Positions 1-12,235 of a stretch of 64,000 bases of DNA are shown here, in pieces; within the stretch, counting starts at the first letter, position 1; every line of letters begins with the position of its first letter. The translations under genes and the position numbers were made by a program. The DNA is from Eledone cirrhosa (Eukaryota): contig OZ024742.1 in assembly GCA_964016885.1 (NCBI GenBank), positions 89,218,001-89,282,000 of the forward strand. Reading direction: 5' to 3'. The notes beneath the pieces were generated by a model. The model was given only the letters and a program-made list of their open reading frames with translations, searched no databases and had not been told where the DNA came from.

Positions 1-362
1 CAGCCAAATATAACCGAGATGCGCTCAGGGTGACAAAACCATCCTACGTGCACTGGTTCAGTGCCTGAGCTTTGTTGGTTTGTGGGTTTATGCGGAACAT
101 CTGCTGTCACGTGTAAGACGGATCGGGTTATCAAGTAAATCCATTGTGAAGATCGCCCACCACGTTCCTTTAATCGAGAAGGACAGGTCGTTGTTATATA
201 GCCGAGGGCCATGGGGAACAGCTTGCTTGTTAGCCACGATTGAAGGGACTGGATACAAACACCTTCCCCTTTGGCGAATCCCTCATCTATCTCTTCAAGT
301 TTCAATTGAAGTGTAGCGAGCATGGTCCAAGTGAACAGGCCTGCCCTGAGTATACACCTATA
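1..362 (+). mobile_element. Tx1/L1-type LINE, decayed 3' end of ORF2
   Basis: Similar to the reverse complement of 28470-28900 (end of Tx1 ORF2, e.g. GTGAACAGGCCTGCCCTGAG vs GTGAATGGGCCTACTCTGAC). Confidence 0.7.
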
Positions 363-364
363 AT

Positions 365-845
365 TCTTAATGGTTTTTCTTGATGTGAAACCTAGGCCAC
401 TGTATTTGTACAGGCTTTAAAATGCCACATTTTTTCTTAATTTCACTTGTCAGATCTTTATATTAACTGAGCTTTTTAAACTCTTTCGTGGCGATGTTAC
501 GATCTGATGGAATGCTCATGACAATTTAAAAAAAATGTTTTCTCTATATTGTCTTTCACAATTATATCAGGTCTGTTGGTCTTCATTGTTCTGTCAGAGT
601 TCATAGGTATAGCTCATAGGAATGTCACATTCTCGAATCATTGTACTGCATTTGGGTGCCGGTTGTACCATTTTCCCTCTGTTTTTATACCATAAAACCT
701 GCATTTTACCCAATGTAAATATTTTCCCACTCTATCAAGCCTCGTTTTATATTCTTGGGGTGCTAATTCTTTGCAACCTGAAACCATGTGATCAATGATC
801 GTAACACGCTCTTCACAGAAGCCGCACTTTGGATCAGTTTCATTA
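365..845 (-). mobile_element. R4/Dong-type non-LTR retrotransposon fragment (CCHC finger + restriction-like endonuclease), decayed
   Basis: Minus-strand translation gives PKCGFCEERVTIIDHMVSGCKELA..RLDRVGKYLHW..NRPDIIVKD..MSIPSDRNIATKEFKKLS. Confidence 0.8.
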
Positions 846-1155
846 ATTTTAGTAATTATTATTATTATTATGAATTTGATATCTTAGTCATTGATTTTAT
901 TTAACCTGAAAATTAGCCCAAATGAATATCAAGCTGCTAGGTGTAGACTCAGATATTCAAGACGAATTGGAATGCCCTTGCATGCCTTTTGAAGTCTTCC
1001 AAAAATGGAAGGTGAGGTAATACTCTTTATCCAGTCTTAGAAACTCTTCGAGATATATATTAGTGCTCTTATGACGATGGGAACGACCTTGATCTCATGA
1101 CAATCCCAAATCCTTTTTCAGTTCCTACTCGGATACGATGTGAGCCACAGTTTCC

Positions 1156-1204
1156 CCCTCTCTCACTCTCTCTCTCTCACCCCCCCTCTCTCTCTCACTC
1201 TCTC

Positions 1205-1282
<78 letters not shown>
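1156..1282. repeat. (CT)n microsatellite
   Basis: Direct reading. Confidence 0.98.
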
Positions 1283-1284
<2 letters not shown>

Positions 1285-1494
1285 CAAATCCTACTCCCTG
1301 TCAATATGATATTCCCTCCACTTCATTCTAAGGGCCGGCTCCAGTGCAGTTAGTAGCATTTCCTCGCTGGTGCCTCTTTCTTGTACAAATTGAACTATTT
1401 ATCATAACGTCACTAAATTATGTAGTTGTTCAAAAGTGTTAACTGTGTTATCAGAATATTTAAAAAACACACATGATGATCTTATTACATAATT

Positions 1495-1712
1495 GTTTCT
1501 CCTTTAGGTACAAGGTCAGCAATTTAAATGGGTGGGAAAAGTCAATTAAATCGACCCCAGTGCTTTACTGGTGCTCTATTTTATCGACCCCATAAGGATG
1601 AAAGGGAAAGCTAACCTCGGCGGGATTTGAACTCAGAACGTAAAGGGACGTGACTCTATGCTGCGAAGCATGGTGTCCGACGCTCTATCAATAATACCAA
1701 TCCACCACCCGA
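1495..1712 (-). mobile_element. tRNA-derived SINE (cephalopod-type, Meta-like central domain)
   Basis: Reverse complement contains B-box-like GAGTTCAAATCCCGCCGAGG followed by CTTTCATCCTTATGGGGTCGATAAAATAG..CACCAGT..GCACTGGGGTCGAT. Confidence 0.85.
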
Positions 1713-1961
1713 CAGGTTATAATCGTAACTTGACGCAATGAAATATGCAACACATTCAGTCCAACAATGACGTTTCAGAATTCTAGTGAACTGAGTATTA
1801 TTGTACGTCGTAATACACTGCTTAGAACTGCATGTGCATCAAGAACAAGTTTCACACGCAAATGAAAATACGTGATGAGTGTGGAAGAAATGGGGCTGTG
1901 ACAAACTATAGAACACAGAGAACAGCGTTCGCTACACTTGTGTTACTCATACATATACATG

Positions 1962-1969
1962 TACACACA

Positions 1970-2049
<80 letters not shown>

Positions 2050-2115
2050 CACACACACACATACACATACACACACACACATACATACACACATATATAT
2101 ATAAATATATATATA
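1962..2115. repeat. (CA)n/(TA)n microsatellite; empty-site counterpart of the 12236-14219 insertion
   Basis: Direct reading and alignment to copy 2. Confidence 0.95.
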
Positions 2116-2759
2116 CGTGAGCATATAATAATTATTTTCTCTTAGTCTGCTTATGTGTATGTTTGTGTGTATATAATGATTATTTTTAACTACCATTCTT
2201 AGATTGGCTACACTTTTGTAAGTGTATGTGTGTGAGTGTTTGTGTGTATGTATTGTCCAAGAAGCCAAGTCCCTAGCAATATCGAAATAAATTAGAATTA
2301 TCAAGAATATAAAACGACCACAGTTGAAATCTATATACAAATACATATCTACCCTTTAGCCATCATTTTTGACGGCACGGGGCCAACTAGTTTATCAATA
2401 AAAATACGTCACTATTTTGATATTTAATATTAATTACTGACATAGACACGCACTTTAAATTATAGTAAGATAAATCGAGCTCTGTACCAACAGGGGGGTT
2501 ATATATTGACCACAGAATGATGAAACTTAATCACAGTCCGAATAACGACTCGGGGCTCAAAACAAATTAATCTACCTCACTACAGATTCTGCTAATTATT
2601 TCTCTTATTTTCTGCCTACTATCATTATTATTTCTACTGACTTGTTAGTGCATTGAATATGTTCAAGCTGAATTTTTATCATGAAAATATAATAATACAA
2701 GAGCTATATTTTCAGGTTGCAATCAATCACGAAACTTAATGGATGAATAATAGAAAGTA

Positions 2760-3200
2760 ATGAATTTCTAAACGAAATTCTCCTACAGAAGCAAGCTCCC
2801 GAGCATCAGTTAATATGCTGGAAAATACCCTGTTTTGATGTTGAGACATTTAAAAAACGTTTGCAGTCGTTATATAATTTATCAACATTTTTATCCTCTG
2901 AATTTTCAAAAATCCCGGCAAAAGCTCTTTCGGTTCTCACAGATCTCATAAGTAAGGCCTATCATTTATGTGCACCGTTTGAGAATTTGGCACGCACTAA
3001 CAACGAACGTAAGCATTGTCAATAAGGGGCATTTAGATAAGAATTCTTATCGTATGAATACATTTGTCATTCTTCCATAATCTCATTGGAATTCCATGCC
3101 ATGAGAAAATATTCAAGACTCCTAAAAGTTTGAATGCCACCATGCTAGTCAATATTTCAGATAGATAACACTGGTTTATTGTTCGATCCACTGTAACCCA
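2760..3200 (-). mobile_element. Highly decayed LTR-retrotransposon (Gypsy-like) integrase remnant; duplicate at ~14880-15350
   Basis: Minus-strand fragments IFSWHGIPMRL, FSNG and PAY*LMLG resemble integrase motifs IFxxHGIP, QSNG and SPAELLMG. Confidence 0.45.
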
Positions 3201-3694
3201 TTTCACTGTACAACATACAAATCTTGTGAATCTGAAATCACGTGGTTGATTCAGTTTTCGAGCAATTTATCATATGAGATAACTATACACAACTTTGAAA
3301 AGTATATTTCTATCTAAATGTATTACTGATACAGATATTCTAGTCCAAGGAATGATATTGTTGATAAATATATAGGGATGTATGTTTCATAGGCTAGAAA
3401 GCAATCTTTTCATGCATATTATTTATCGAAAGGAAGGATAATGGGTTGAATGAATGACACGACCCTACTAATAACCTGAAATAAATCAATCTAATTCTGA
3501 ACTAGGAATTGAAAGGATATATTTGATTATAAATAGCTGTTGAGTGCTGCTGGAGATTGTGATTACTCACGTCACAGAAGGAAAATTCTAGTGCAGATTA
3601 GTGGTTCGTTTAATTCTACCAGAGTAGATATTCACCAAAGTGAAAGAGAATTTCTTCTGTAAAATACACACTACATTTACGTATAGAAATATAC

Positions 3695-3712
3695 GTGTGT
3701 GTGTGTGTTGGA

Positions 3713-3748
<36 letters not shown>

Positions 3749-3772
3749 ATATATATATTACGAGAGAGAGAA

Positions 3773-3852
<80 letters not shown>
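3695..3852. repeat. (GT)n + (GA)n compound microsatellite
   Basis: Direct reading. Confidence 0.97.
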
Positions 3853-3854
<2 letters not shown>

Positions 3855-4094
3855 GCAGAGAAAATCAGATTATTTGGTACGGTCTCGTTGAAAACTCGAT
3901 GTTATGCATACAATATTGCCAACAGATGAATCAATAAAATATCTGAGTGTTTTACGACTCAGATAATGCGATCACATATTGTATAAAACTTCCATGTTTA
4001 CAATATATCCTACCACTCTTTGAATACAGGTAGGCAATGGTCTTTCGGAACTGCGTTTTTCAAATTTTGTTTAATTTTGCCGAATTCGGTCGCA

Positions 4095-4262
4095 AAAATT
4101 GGATTTGCAGGCGTCGGACACCATGCATTGCAGCATAGAGTTACGGCTCTTTATGAGCTGAGTTCAAATCCCGCCGAGGTTATCTTTGCCTTTCATCCTT
4201 ACGGGGTCGATAAAATAAAGCACCAGTAATGAACTAGGGTCGAATTAATCGACTTTACCAGG
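4095..4262 (+). mobile_element. tRNA-derived SINE
   Basis: GAGTTCAAATCCCGCCGAGG..GCCTTTCATCCTTACGGGGTCGATAAAATAAAGCACCAGT. Confidence 0.85.
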
Positions 4263-4369
4263 TTCTGTTTGATCTTTCATATCTCATTGTGAAAGAAGTT
4301 AAGCAACATTAATAAAAGTAATAGCAAAGCGTGCTCCGAACATCGTGCTACAAATATTATAATTACTGC

Positions 4370-6300
4370 AATGAAGTCATGGCAAGATTACTTTGACAGG
4401 CTTGGAAAAAAGGAGCATAAAAATAGAACTGGTGCATGATAGAACATCTGAAAGTACCTATGTAGGAGAGGGATAAATCTATCGGACAGTTTCGGCCAAT
4501 ATCCAACCTCAACGGGATGGTGGCTAGGAGAATAATGACATTTTTAGCAAAGAAAGAGCCGATAGACAAACCATTCCAGAAATCTTGTCTACAGCATGCA
4601 CAGGGGATTTGAAGCTTAATTTGGCATGTAGAAATTGAACGAAAGTAGAATGGTGTTGTTTGGCTTGATTTCGCAAATGTGTATGGATCAGTCCACCTTA
4701 CGCTAATTCATTAAGCGTTAGACTTGTTTCATATTCCAGAACTATTAATGCGCTTCATTACTAAATGCTTCATGCCAAATTGGCAGACTTTTGAAATAGA
4801 CAGAATGATACGGCGCACAATTTATCCACTTATGACTCAAGAGCTGCTAGGAAGAAGTAAAGATTGGAAAACATCAGTGTGCGCGTTCATCTATAACATC
4901 ATTGACATTACGGAAATAAAGAAAAATTAAAAAGTATCCTAGTTCAGCTGAAGGAATTATACCTGCAATGTTGACTGCACTCCCTGTGCCAAGAAGAGCC
5001 GAATCTCTCCTTCATGCAAGGTTATATTAAGAATTTTCATTTAGAAATTGGTGGGGGAACGGTTACAGCAATCAACTTGGTCGAATCTATGCATTGCTCT
5101 TAAATGATGTCAAGAAGGGTAGAGAAATAAGAAATAGATACCAAGCTAGATCAAAGAATGAGTACCAGTGTCAATAGCGATTTGATAGCATGGTAAGATC
5201 TGCATGACATTTTGTTAAGGCTCTCATTATCTCGCCAAGATTATGACATACCCTTGTAGTTGACAGACGAGACGGAAGTGATAGCAGTTCTCTACGAAAA
5301 TAGTTTGGCCTTCCGCCAAATATGACAAAATTCAACTTTATTGCACTAAGTCCAAACTCAAGCTGCTTGTACCATCTTTGCTGGAAGAGTTTGAAATAGA
5401 AAAATCCATTGTCATATGATGCTACAAGATTTGAAAGACTATTATTTGCGCAGACTAGCCGTTAATGGTGACAGGACTGGAAAAGAGAGAATAAAAGAGG
5501 TGGTCAAGAATTAAGAAACTTTCAAATGAAGGAGTTGATAGGTGTAGAGCAGACTACACGGCCAAATCTGGAGCAAACACAAAGCAAGTCAATATCCCGC
5601 TAAAATAAAAAAAAGGAATACAATAAATTATAACTGAAGAAATTCTTCAAATTGTGGTGGGGTGTGCGACCATCTCAGGAAAATTAGGGAGCTAATGTTA
5701 TTGGTCAGCATGGAAGACACTGGAATAATAAAAGGCTGGAACAGATAAGGGAAGACAGAACCAATATTAGATCATAGAGAGGGAACGACACTACTGATTT
5801 TTATCGGTGAGGAAGTTATCCAACATTGAAATATTTTCAGGCAGCATGCGACCATCCCTGGAAGCATTAGCTTGACGCCATAACCAAGTCTTTAGAATTC
5901 TCATTATTGCGATACAAAAAATGAAGCGTTTTTAATGCAAACAAAACCAATGCAAGGCTGCATCCAATTGAATTACGAAAGAAAGTGAAAAAACGAAAGG
6001 TTACAATGATTAGAAGGTCGAATATCGGCAAAACAACACAGCGTTCTGATATTATGGTATGATATGAGTTGACAACAAGTCTTGATTGATGAGAAGACAG
6101 TGTATTTGGAAAACAATATGGAATGAGTTCATTACGGAAAGTATATAAGATACTAAGAAATAAAGGAATGGTTAGATGGTCGAGGATATCAGAGTCTATC
6201 GTGTGATATCGTAGATTTGTGACTAAATCCACCATGTTTTACTTAGTAGGGCTTTGACTTGGAAAATGGAGTAGAGGAAAGATTCAAGAACTGGATACAT
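4370..6300 (+). mobile_element. Decayed R2-group (HERO-like) non-LTR retrotransposon RT region
   Basis: Frameshifted motifs SIGQFRPISNLN..VARRIMTFL and VVWLDFANVYGSV..ALDLFHIP, typical of HERO/R2-group RT. Confidence 0.6.
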
Positions 6301-7282
6301 TATATTTATGGTAAAATTATTTAAGTGAAAGTACAACGCTTAGCATATAAACACATGAACACATTATATATAGAGAGAGAGAGAGATGGGGAAGGAAGAG
6401 AACGAGAGACAGACTGACACGAATTCAAACGAATACACTTATGAACACGAATTTCGTAAGAGTAGCCTACCTTTATTTACAACAGACAATATATTAAAAA
6501 AAATTTAAATTATAAACCAAGAGTTATTTCCCTTAAAAAATGAAATACTTAAACTGCACATAAGAATTTTTCTTTTAGTCATTTGTTTTTGCACTTCGCC
6601 AACTCCTGCAGAAATATATTCATATATTCTTCATTTTTGCCTTTCCCAACGTCGTTCCCTCTGCCACCAGCGCGGCACTCCATCCTACGTTCATAGAACA
6701 TACTCGCTAACTTTAACTACTGCAAGCATTGACTTTTCAGTAACATAAAGCAGTGTCTCGACTAGTAAGGTGATTACTGAAGTTAATTGTATGTTTTCTT
6801 AACCCATCCACCCAACAAAACACACATTTCTGCCCATACTTTTTTAAAGTTATTAACTGCTTTTGCAAATTTGCTGCAGCTCTGTTGCATCTGCACATTC
6901 ATTTGATGATAAGAGAGGGTGTATAAAGTTCATAACTGCCTCGGATGAATAATTGTTTACAAGTAGAAGAAATTCTAGAGGTCACAAGCAAAGCATGGAA
7001 TGTTGAGTTCAGAATCCATTACTTCATGCTATTAGAAATGGCTTTGACTTTCTTTCTCTCGTGCTCTTATATTGTTTCTTTGTTTTGTTTTGTTTTTTGT
7101 TTATTTTGGTGTGTGTGTTTGTGGGGGAGGTGGGGGTGCAAACACTATTTCACCTCTTCTTGTTTCTAATATATGGCACAACAAAAGAAGAGAAATTCAA
7201 GAACTATATTAACAAAATTTAAATTGATATCAAAGAAAATGCCCGTCGGTCAATAACATTTTGTTCCCATTTGCAAGCCCAG

Positions 7283-7329
<47 letters not shown>

Positions 7330-7892
7330 TGGGGATTAAAGAGTTAAGCAGTAAAGACTTAATAGATTATTACTTAAAACAGCAAAAAGCAAAACATGAT
7401 ATGCGACAATACACAGACATTAAGTTACAGTGATAATATGTCTAAGTATAACCCAAGATATTTAGCAAGTCAACACGAAAACAATTAAGAATGTTTCCGC
7501 TAAATGCGGACATTGCAATATTATGTTTATAAAATTATAAAATTATTATTAAAATGATATACTCTAGGATTGTAAAATATCAAGGGAAGATAAAATTCAA
7601 GCTAATAGAAATAGGTATAAATATTCTTAAAATAAATTAAAACATTGACTTTAAATTGGAAATATTGATTTTAAATAGGGGTAAAGAAAATGAAAAAAAC
7701 AACAACATAAGGTGCTAAAATAATATTTAAATAAGATTAAAAATACCATGTTAATCAGAGAAAAATAAACAGATATGGCCCAATATAAGCAACATTTGAC
7801 AGGGGAAAACAAAAGCTAACCACTTTCTACGCCCCAAAGTCAATAAGTAACTATATATATTGCCATTATGTGTATGTGTGTGTTTGTGTGTA

Positions 7893-8112
7893 AGGGTGGT
7901 GGATTTGCAGTATGGGTAGAGTGTTGGACACAATACTTTGCAGCATTGAGATATGTGACTTTACGTTCTGAGTTCAAATCCCGTCGAGTTTAGCTTTGTT
8001 TTTCATTCTTGTGAGTCGGCAAAATGAAGTACCAATAATACACTGAACTGGATTTAATGGACTTTCCCTCCTCCAAAATTGTTGACCTCTTACTTAAACC
8101 TAAATTAGAAAT
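7893..8112 (+). mobile_element. tRNA-derived SINE, more diverged copy
   Basis: GGTGGTGGATTTGCAG..TTTACGTTCTGAGTTCAAATCCCGTCGAG..AAGTACCA..AAATTAGAAA. Confidence 0.8.
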
Positions 8113-8339
8113 CATGATGTGTGCGTGTGTGTGTGTGTGTGTGCGTGCGTGCGTGTGTACGTGCGCGCGCGCGTATGTGTAAATAGCTATCTTTTAAATT
8201 TGAATTCGCTTTATATATTTTGACACAAATATGAACCCAAGCACGGAACAGGTTGGTGAGCGTCTTCTTGCAGATCTTCGTTACCATTTTATCAATCATC
8301 AGCTGGTTTTTCGTTCCGCTGCTATTCGCGCTTACCACT

Positions 8340-9060
8340 TCTGCTCACCAGTAAGTAGATTTACTCTCCCCATGTGTGTATGTCTTCTGAAAATATTCCT
8401 GTTATGAGCTTCCACTTCAAAGGAAGACATTTAATTGGTTTGAAATGTGAAACAGTTACCCTTACTGTCATCTTTATGTATCAAACATGTACGTCCTTTT
8501 GCCATCCATTTCGGTGTTTCCCAGATCTAAGGACTTCATTTAACTATGTAGTTATTCTTTCATGTAATTTACTGAGGTTTTTTAACTGGTATCCATCTAC
8601 ATGATCTGGCCCACTTGCTCTCCATTTTGGCATCTTTTGCAGCTAGGTATTCATCATCTATTGTTATATTGATATTATTTTGCATCTGTACACGATACCT
8701 GTTTTGCAACTTTCTTTATCCAATCTACTTTATCATTGTCTTGAATAGATTTGCCTCAGATGTTTTTCCAAAAAACAATGCTTTCTTCTGCACCTTGTCT
8801 TACATCATCGTTCCTTTTGATTCCTTCCAGTTTCTCTATTTTTTTAGGTTGATTTGAAAGAGACTATTCTGCATGTATTGGTTACTTCATTATTCGTATT
8901 TCATTAGTTTTGTAATCTTTGATTTTAATTGTTGCTTCAACTCTTCCTCACTGCATTAATTCCCTTCTGTTTCACATGATATTGTATTTCTAGTACTCCG
9001 TTTATCAATTCGTTATGTAACCTTTCATTCCTCCAATTTGCTTAACATCTTCCCTCAATA
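8340..9060 (-). mobile_element. R4/Dong-type RT fragment, decayed
   Basis: Minus-strand motifs GPDHVDGYQLKNL..LHEK, LIHKD..KGN and CLPL.WKL.TGIF. Confidence 0.6.
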
Positions 9061-9384
9061 GTCTAACAATTAACTGAACCCTTCCCTTCTACATTGGCTC
9101 TGCCGAGCGTGAAACTTTCACCTGGGGTTCCAGTCTCAAATACGCTGCTTTCTACATTCAATGTATTTGACATTTCCATTCATTTGAGCTAATGCGAATT
9201 AACGTTTTCCGTTTCTAGTATTTCTATCGTGACACCATCAATAGATAGATTGTCTACTATGAATTAAAGAGCCTCCAACTACCCTCATCTAGAGAAAACT
9301 ATATCTCACGCCAGGTTTTCAACTAGTATTCATGATGATTCGTTTGTCTTTACGACGGTCTCTTATAAGAATGCCGAAACAGCT

Positions 9385-10455
9385 CGGGGTCCTTCACGGA
9401 CCGGTTAAATTACTCGGCGTTTGGTTTGGTCCTGACCTCCTGATGGAGATGCAATGAAGTAAAAAGCAGGGTGCCTACTCTCACCCAGAAAGGGGCCGAG
9501 GTGAAGCTATCCCTAATCGGTCGGGCAGAGATGGCGAACGCGTCATCACGTCCCTCATCTATTACCGCCTGACCATCGGGCCTTTCTTAGTCCACGTCTA
9601 ACTAAAATGGGGCATTCGTTCTTTCGCATTTTGTTAAAAGGACGCGTTCCACTCCTCAGGCGGTCCATTTCCTTTCAACACCTGCTGCGTGTGAGACTGT
9701 GCATGTCGCGGCTGATGATGCACAAACATGGGCTGAGGCTGCATCATCTCTAGCCTTTCCTTGAAGTGTATAAGTGTGGCCACTATTCGCCAGGCACATG
9801 TTTCGCCGATTCAAGCAAAGATCGAGCGGGAGCGCTTGTAAACTGGAATGTCTTCAAATGTTCACAGCCCCCAGCCGGTCGGTCACTGTGATCGGTAGAA
9901 TCTCTATCTTCGCGTGCTATAGAGGAAAATGGCGGGGGAAAGCGACAACGTTCTTGGAGAGACCAACTAGCCGTTCTCATCCGGAGAAATTTCGGCCGAG
10001 GGCCGCGGCATATGCTCCAGAAATTCCTAGCCTGGCAGTGCTACCGGGAGCTTTGGCAGTTTGAGATAAACTCTACAGACATAGATGTGCCGTCAGCCAA
10101 ATATAACCGAGATGCGCTCAGGGTGACAAAACCATCCTACGTGCACTGGTTCAGTGCCTGAGCTTTGTTGGTTTGTGGGTTTATGCGGAACATCTGCTGT
10201 CACGTGTAAGACGGATCGGGTTATCAAGTAAATCCATTGTGAAGATCGCCCACCACGTTCCTTTAATCGAGAAGGACAGGTCGTTGTTATATAGCCGAGG
10301 GCCATGGGGAACAGCTTGCTTGTTAGCCACGATTGAAGGGACTGGATACAAACACCTTCCCCTTTGGCGAATCCCTCATCTATCTCTTCAAGTTTCAATT
10401 GAAGTGTAGCGAGCATGGTCCAAGTGAACAGGCCTGCCCTGAGTATACACCTATA
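9385..10455 (+). mobile_element. Tx1/L1-type LINE, decayed 3' part of ORF2
   Basis: GPVKLLGVWFGPDL motif; homologous to the reverse complement of 28470-29660. Confidence 0.75.
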
Positions 10456-10457
10456 AT

Positions 10458-10935
10458 TCTTAATGTTTTTTCTTGATGTGAAACCTAGGCCACTGTATTT
10501 GTACAGGCTTTAAAATGCTACATTTTTTCTTAATTTCACTTGTCAGATCTTTATATTAACTGAGCTTTTTAAACTCTTTCGTGGCGATGTTACGATCTGA
10601 TGGAATGCTCATGACAATTAAAAAAAAATGTTTTCTCTATATTGTCTTTCACAATTATATCAGGTCTGTTGGTCTTCATTGTTCTGTCAGAGTTCATAGG
10701 TATAGCTCATAGGAATGTCACATTCTCGAATCATTGTACTGCATTTGGGTGCCGGTTGTACCATTTTCCCTCTGTTTTTATACCATAAAACCTGCATTTT
10801 ACCCAATGTAAATATTTTCCCACTCTATCAAGCCTCGTTTTATATTCTTGGGGTGCTAATTCTTTCGAGCCTGAAACCATGTGATCAATGATCGTAACAC
10901 GCTCTTCACAGAAGCCGCACTTTGGATCAGTTTCA
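10458..10935 (-). mobile_element. R4/Dong-type fragment (duplicate of 365-845)
   Basis: Near-identical to 365-845. Confidence 0.8.
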
Positions 10936-11280
10936 TTAATTTTAGTAATTATTATTATTATTATGAATTTGATATCTTAGTCATTGATTTTATTTAACCT
11001 GAAAATTAGCCCAAATGAATATCAAGCTGCTAGGTGTAGACTCAGATATTCAAGACGAATTGAAATGCCCTTGCATGCCTTTTGAAGTCTTCCAAAAATG
11101 GAAGGTGAGCTAGTACTCTTCATCCAGTCTTAGAAACTCTTCGAGATATATATTAGTGCTCTTATAACGATGGGAACTACCTTGATCTCATGACAATCCC
11201 AAATCCTTTTTCAGTTCCTACTCGGATACGATGTGAGCCACAGTTTCCCCCTCTATCTCTCTCTCTCTCTCTCTCTCACT

Positions 11281-11350
<70 letters not shown>

Positions 11351-11594
11351 TCTCTCTCTCTATCTCTCTCTCACTCTCCCTCTCTCCACAAATCCTACTC
11401 CCTGTCAATATGATGTTCCCTCCACTTCATTCTAAGGGCCGGCTCCAGTGCAGTTAGTAGCATTTCCTCGCTGGTGCCTCCTTCTTGTACAAATTGAACT
11501 ATTTATCATAACTAAATTATGTAGTTGTTCAAAAGTGTTAACTGTGTTATCAAAATATTTTTAAAACACACATGATGATCTTATTACATAATTG

Positions 11595-11810
11595 TTTCTC
11601 CTTTAGGTACAAGGCCAGCAATTTCAAGGGGTCGGAAAAGTCAATTAAATCGACCCCAGTGCTTTACTGGTGCTCTATTTTATCGACCCCATAATGATGA
11701 AAGGGAAAGCTAACCTCGGCGGGATTTGAACTCAGAACGTAAAGGGACGTGACTCTATGCTGCGAAGCATGGTGTCCGACGCTCTATCAATAATACCAAT
11801 CCACCGCCCG
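11595..11810 (-). mobile_element. tRNA-derived SINE (duplicate of 1495-1712)
   Basis: Same motifs as copy 1. Confidence 0.85.
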
Positions 11811-12056
11811 AAAGGTTATAATCGTAACTTGACGCAATGAAATATGCAACACATTCAGTCCAACAATGACGTTTCAGAATTCTAGTGAACTGAGTATTAT
11901 TGTACGTCGTAATACACTGCTTAGAACTGCATGTGCATCAAGAACAAGTTTCACACGCAAATGAAAATACGTGATGAGTGTGGAAGAAATGGGGCTGTGA
12001 CAAACTATAGAACACAGAGAACAGCGTTCGCTACACTTGTGTTACTCATACATATA

Positions 12057-12089
<33 letters not shown>

Positions 12090-12103
12090 CCACACAAACA
12101 CAC

Positions 12104-12143
<40 letters not shown>

Positions 12144-12150
12144 ACACACA

Positions 12151-12205
<55 letters not shown>

Positions 12206-12235
12206 ACACACACACACACATACACACACACATAT

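Larger units (their letters stand above)
1..7829 (+). repeat. Segmental tandem duplication, copy 1 (probably begins upstream of the window)
   Basis: Position 1 aligns to 10094 (offset 10093, e.g. identical ORFs 80..316 and 10173..10409). Near-identity continues to CCACTTTCTA at ~7829 / ~20030. Confidence 0.95.

Noticed and set aside
1097-3937. ORFs rich in SL, HT, CV, RE (and similar YI/poly-E/poly-F ORFs across the window)
   Set aside because: They are translations of di-/trinucleotide microsatellites, not genes.
4095-4262. tRNA gene (GTTCAAATCCC B-box)
   Set aside because: No cloverleaf; it is the head of a multi-copy SINE.
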